The notes under the pieces are model-generated. The model was not told the DNA's origin, did not search any database, and saw only the letters and a program-made list of their open reading frames with translations. A stretch of DNA of 63,867 bases, filler included, from Bacteroidales bacterium (GTDB lineage: Bacteria; Bacteroidota; Bacteroidia; Bacteroidales; CAIWKO01), in the NCBI GenBank assembly GCA_035389045.1. It is 5 parts of 5 records of this genome, joined end to end, with 100 filler letters (N's around TTAATTAATTAA, not from the genome) between each part and the next. Parts side by side here need not be neighbours in the genome. Positions count along the whole stretch, not along the records: positions 58,577 to 63,867 come from DAOORA010000119.1; 4 more parts are not named here. One strand, given 5' to 3'. The translations under genes were made by a program, and so were the position numbers. This document shows, in pieces, positions 59,734-63,867 of the stretch (positions are counted from its first letter, which is position 1; every line of letters begins with the position of its first letter).

Positions 59734-61974
59734 CTATTTTATCGTTAATCTTAGACCTGCATAAGCTGAAACACCCATTACCGGGCCCCAAACCATAGAA
59801 GCGTCAAAATAATTTCCGAAAGGATCATCTGCCGCCACGATGGGATGATGCTGCATGAAATTGGTGATATTCTCCGCTCCTGCGTAAATGTCAATGTATT
59901 TGAACCGTTTGGTAATTTGTGCATGAAGCATAAAATATCCTTTAGAATACCCGGGGCGGTAATATGGTTCGGGATTGCTGTCGGTATCGGGAAGGCGTGC
60001 GCGGCCATTGTATTGTGCGGTTACATCAAACTTCCATTTTTCGAAACGTGTGGCATACGAAAGCGTCAGCAATCCTTTGAACTTGCTGACATAAGGCGCT
60101 TCCATGGTTTTTCCGTCAAAGTTTTTTTTGACATCATTGTACCTTCCTGCCAAAGTTATATCAAATCTTTTTAAAGGCTGTATTGAAAAATCGGCCTGGA
60201 CACTGTTGGAGTAAGAAAGTCCTTTGAGATTATAAAACACTGCCATTTGCGGGCTACGATCCAAATCAAGCACAATCTGGTTAACAAACCTGGTATAATA
60301 ATAATCCATCCCGAAACTAAGTTTCCGGTCTTCTCCGATCATAAAGTCTTTGGTGAAATTGATCCCGAAATTCCAGGCTTCTTCATATTTCAGTTTTTCC
60401 TCAATGATAATGTTTCGTGCACTGGCCAGTATACCTGTATTTTCAGCAATGACCTGCGGAGAACGATATCCCCTGCCTGCCGAAGCACGAATAATAAAAC
60501 TTCCGGTAACATCATACTTAACGTGCAAACGAGGTGTAAAAAAGAATCCATGCAAACTATGATAGTCGGCACGAATGCCTGCTATTACATTTAGTTTTTC
60601 CGGAAAACTATACGTGTACTGAAAAAATGCACCGGGCACTATTTCATCGGTGGCAAATGCTGAGTCTGTCAATGACTGGGAAAATCCGTCATAGGTAATG
60701 CCGCCTCCGGTGCTGAATTTGTGGTTTGTATTTCCAAAAATGGATTGGTAAATCAAATTCAGGTAGGCGCTGTTTTGATCACCGTTGTATTTTTTTATTC
60801 CATACAACGAATTTAACTCTGTCCGGGTAAATGAGCTGACTATTCCAAGACTTTTGTAGCCGTTTTCGCCGAAAAACAATCCGGCTTTCAGAAAGGCGGA
60901 ATATTGTTTTGAATTTATCTGTGTTCTGTAATAATCAGGTCTTTCTGCTGCATCCGATTTATAGTATTGTTTTTGCCCGCCTTGTTTATCATCCTGCAGA
61001 TAACCTATGCCGAACTGTATATGCCCTTTGCCTTCCATTTCGTACTCCCAGCGGTTCAGGAAGTTGGCGGTCCAGGATTTAGGCACATCGAGGAAGCCGT
61101 CTTTATTCAGGTCGATCATAAAACCATTATAAGCGCCGTGCGCCAATATCATGGTACTCCATTTATCATCAATTTTGATCGTGGAGTTCATGTTGGCTTC
61201 AAAACGCCCATCGCTGTTTCCAAAAAGGTTAAAGAAAAAGGGTTCTTTATTGGTTTCCGGTTTTTTGTATTCCACATTTATCTGACCGGTAATGGATTCA
61301 TAACCATTTATTAAGGATGATGTCCCTTTGGAAACCTGTATGGAATGCATCCACGAGCCCGGTATGTATGTAAGCCCGTATGATGATGACAAACCCCTCA
61401 CCATAGGAATGTTTTCCATCATCATTTGGCTGTAAACTCCCGAAAGGCCAAGCATTTGTATACGTTTTGCTCCCGAAACCGCGTCGGCATAACCGACATC
61501 GACAGTGGCGGTCTGCTCAAAACTCTCGGATAAATTACAACAAGCAAGCTTCTGAAGCCCTTCACTGGATATGACTTCCGTTTTTATGGGTTTGAGTTTT
61601 GAAATATAGTTATCAACTTTCTCTTTTATCTCTACCGTCTGTAAAGTGGCATTAGAAACCAGGATAAAATCCACATGGCTCGAACCGGGTTCTACCAGCA
61701 GGGTGTCGCTCTGATAACCGACATAACTTGCCACGAGTTTCAATGACCCTGACCCCGAATAAACTATGGAGAACTTACCGTTTTTATCCGTGGTGCTTGC
61801 ATTGCCGGAGCCTTCCCAAAAAACATTTGCAAAAGCAAGCTTTTCAGTCATGATCTTATGCTCCGAATTGGTGATCCCGCTAACGCTGCCTTTAATGACA
61901 GCGGTTTGGGAAAACAGGCTCTGGCAACCCGATATAATTATAAGTATTATTAGTATTTTTAATATGATTTTCAT
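59734..61974 (-). CDS. TonB-dependent receptor (metal-associated)
   Basis: CarboxypepD_reg-like N-terminus; plug LACCNLSESFE; G.EN..N..FDASMVWGP. Confidence 0.92.
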   Translation of the reverse strand: MKIILKILIILIIISGCQSLFSQTAVIKGSVSGITNSEHKIMTEKLAFANVFWEGSGNASTTDKNGKFSIVYSGSGSLKLVASYVGYQSDTLLVEPGSSHVDFILVSNATLQTVEIKEKVDNYISKLKPIKTEVISSEGLQKLACCNLSESFEQTATVDVGYADAVSGAKRIQMLGLSGVYSQMMMENIPMVRGLSSSYGLTYIPGSWMHSIQVSKGTSSLINGYESITGQINVEYKKPETNKEPFFFNLFGNSDGRFEANMNSTIKIDDKWSTMILAHGAYNGFMIDLNKDGFLDVPKSWTANFLNRWEYEMEGKGHIQFGIGYLQDDKQGGQKQYYKSDAAERPDYYRTQINSKQYSAFLKAGLFFGENGYKSLGIVSSFTRTELNSLYGIKKYNGDQNSAYLNLIYQSIFGNTNHKFSTGGGITYDGFSQSLTDSAFATDEIVPGAFFQYTYSFPEKLNVIAGIRADYHSLHGFFFTPRLHVKYDVTGSFIIRASAGRGYRSPQVIAENTGILASARNIIIEEKLKYEEAWNFGINFTKDFMIGEDRKLSFGMDYYYTRFVNQIVLDLDRSPQMAVFYNLKGLSYSNSVQADFSIQPLKRFDITLAGRYNDVKKNFDGKTMEAPYVSKFKGLLTLSYATRFEKWKFDVTAQYNGRARLPDTDSNPEPYYRPGYSKGYFMLHAQITKRFKYIDIYAGAENITNFMQHHPIVAADDPFGNYFDASMVWGPVMGVSAYAGLRLTIK

Positions 61975-62051
61975 GATATTAATGATTTATAAAACAATAA
62001 ATTAAATAACAAGGGACCATGCCCTGTTAACCATTAAATATGATGAAGATC

Positions 62052-62525
62052 CTATAAGCGAAAAATGCTGTTTTTAATAAATACAGGAATCTGCCATGGA
62101 GCAGAAGTATTTATTATATTTAACCTGAATGGAGTGTTAGCGGTGAAAGAAAAAATTTCGGAAATATTATGATTCAGAAATAAGGCATTAGTATCAGTAA
62201 AGCTGAAAACCGTATTAATAAAAGAGCAAATGATCTTCAGAAAGAAACTGATGTTGGTGCAGCAATCCACTGACTTCAGCAAAGAAGCGGCATAATTCAG
62301 TTTATCAAAATGATCCCAAAGTTGCTGCCCTTCTGCCTCTTTTGACCCATGAGCACAGCAATGACCGGTTTCCTGACAACAATTTTCCTCCGCAGGCGCG
62401 TTAAAATGAAGTTCCGTCCTGCCCGAAACGGAACAGTAATGTTGTACGAAAAAAACCCCGTTTGTGGCAGACAGAAATACTGAAAGCAGTATAAAAACGA
62501 CAATATTTTGTATACTCTTTTTCAT
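62052..62525 (-). CDS. HYC_CC_PP family Cys/His-rich protein
   Basis: QHYC, ENCC..HCC, DCC and C-terminal P.FI...FRL; first gene of the operon; TATCTTTG box at 62533-62540. Confidence 0.75.
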   Translation of the reverse strand: MKKSIQNIVVFILLSVFLSATNGVFFVQHYCSVSGRTELHFNAPAEENCCQETGHCCAHGSKEAEGQQLWDHFDKLNYAASLLKSVDCCTNISFFLKIICSFINTVFSFTDTNALFLNHNISEIFSFTANTPFRLNIINTSAPWQIPVFIKNSIFRL

Positions 62526-62900
62526 GGGAGTACAAAGATAATTTAAAATTGATCTAAATAGAATTTTTTTTCGCAGATTAACAGGTAATTAACATCCTGA
62601 ATATTAAAATACCCTGTTTTCACAGAGTATACTGAAATAGAAATTATACATGATATTAATTTGTTCAACATCAAAAATATTATTAGCGCCACCCTTTGTG
62701 CGGCTTTGTGTAACCCATTTGTGTGCCCGTGTACGCGCGCGTTCGCAGACACGAAGGAATAATTACAAAAAATAAATTAAATTGTAATACAACAGTGCGC
62801 TGTGATTCCGCAATCCGGTGTTCGCGCGCGTACTGGGTTTGCTTCACAATAATAGCAGAGGTAATAATAAAACATACCTTTGTTTCATATTTATTAAATG

Positions 62901-63845
62901 TTAATCGTTAACTATAATCATTTTGCAATTTATAATATCCTTATTTGTTTTCAATTGTACGAAATACATACCATTCAGTTTTTTTGTGTTTTGAAATATT
63001 AAATGATATGTTCCCGGTATTTTATAATTATTTTCCAGCACAGTAACCAAACGTCGGGTAATATCATAAATACTTAAAGTTACCTGGTCACTTTTTGTTA
63101 AACTATAACTAATGGTTGTTTCATTACTAAAAGGGTTAGGGGCAATTGTCATCGCAGGGCTGTTATTCTCGGGCTCTTCAATACCAACAATCATCTCGCA
63201 AGGATCAGGAGTAAATGATGGGAACAAAGTTGTATCATCCAAGCTAAAGCACCATAAAGTATATCCAGTGGCATCCATATAAAGTTCATCTATTGGCTCT
63301 ATTAATCCAAATGAGCTTCCGATTCCTTCAATTAAATATGGTGGCTCCAAAACACTGGGATTACCAAAAGGATCAATAGCCCCAAGAATGAACCTTTTAT
63401 AGTATTTATTTGCCAACAATATTGAATCAATAGAGTCCACAAATAATGTATAACCATAAGAATTTGGCACATTCAACATATTCCGTAAAGTGTCTCCGAT
63501 ATTAAGTGAAAAGTCGAATAACAATGTATCTGAAATACCATTATTGAACCTAAAATAAACTTTTTTTGCGACAGTATCATCTCTGATAAAGCCAATATTA
63601 ACATTAAAATAAAGCGTACCATTTGCTTTTTTACCTGAGCGATTAATAATTTTATAATCATTGCCACCAATCACAGTATCACCTTTTATGGTATATTGAT
63701 ATAAATAGTATTCACCTATCGAAACGCCATATGGTCTGCGATCTACCCTCCAGATTGCATTGGAATCCGGAAAAGGGTTGTAATGTTGACCTGATAATAA
63801 TAAAGAAAAAGACATTAAAATAAAACCAAATAATATTTTTTTCAT
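62901..63845 (-). CDS. T9SS type A sorting domain protein
   Basis: Signal peptide; LFDFSL.IGDT and IEGIGS; APNPFS CTD. Confidence 0.88.
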   Translation of the reverse strand: MKKILFGFILMSFSLLLSGQHYNPFPDSNAIWRVDRRPYGVSIGEYYLYQYTIKGDTVIGGNDYKIINRSGKKANGTLYFNVNIGFIRDDTVAKKVYFRFNNGISDTLLFDFSLNIGDTLRNMLNVPNSYGYTLFVDSIDSILLANKYYKRFILGAIDPFGNPSVLEPPYLIEGIGSSFGLIEPIDELYMDATGYTLWCFSLDDTTLFPSFTPDPCEMIVGIEEPENNSPAMTIAPNPFSNETTISYSLTKSDQVTLSIYDITRRLVTVLENNYKIPGTYHLIFQNTKKLNGMYFVQLKTNKDIINCKMIIVND

Positions 63846-63867
63846 TTTCTTATTTTTTATTGTTTAA

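Noticed and set aside
5446..63670. Numerous short ORFs nested in or antisense to long CDSs
   Set aside because: Alternative-frame shadows without motifs or independent expression signals.

Overview
Bacteroidota (probably Bacteroidales-like) draft or metagenome-assembled DNA, based on T9SS C-terminal domains, TAnnTTTG promoter boxes and the yceD-rpmF-fabH order. It is five contigs joined by 100-bp N/TTAATTAATTAA linkers, so adjacency across gaps is unreliable. Most genes are housekeeping or envelope genes (msrB, hutI, aroC, manA, fabH, rpmF, lptB, OmpA/PD40 proteins, a heavy-metal TonB-receptor operon) or T9SS cargo (three tandem C10-CUB proteases, a large Ig/dockerin/cohesin adhesin). The accessory highlights are: (1) an AT-rich two-gene island (sacsin-like GHKL ATPase with a PD-(D/E)XK domain, plus an ApeA-like HEPN protein) bracketed by two directly oriented hairpins with different stems but the same internal-loop signature, a candidate cassette-borne defence system; (2) a 4x508-bp array of self-contained TonB-CTD-only genes in an A/B/A'/B pattern; (3) a ~2-kb segment bounded by a duplicated 5' end of a five-domain oxidoreductase and containing an unannotated AhpD/CMD pseudogene; (4) several MITE/REP-like palindromes. 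I saw no rRNA, tRNA, CRISPR array, integrase or transposase.
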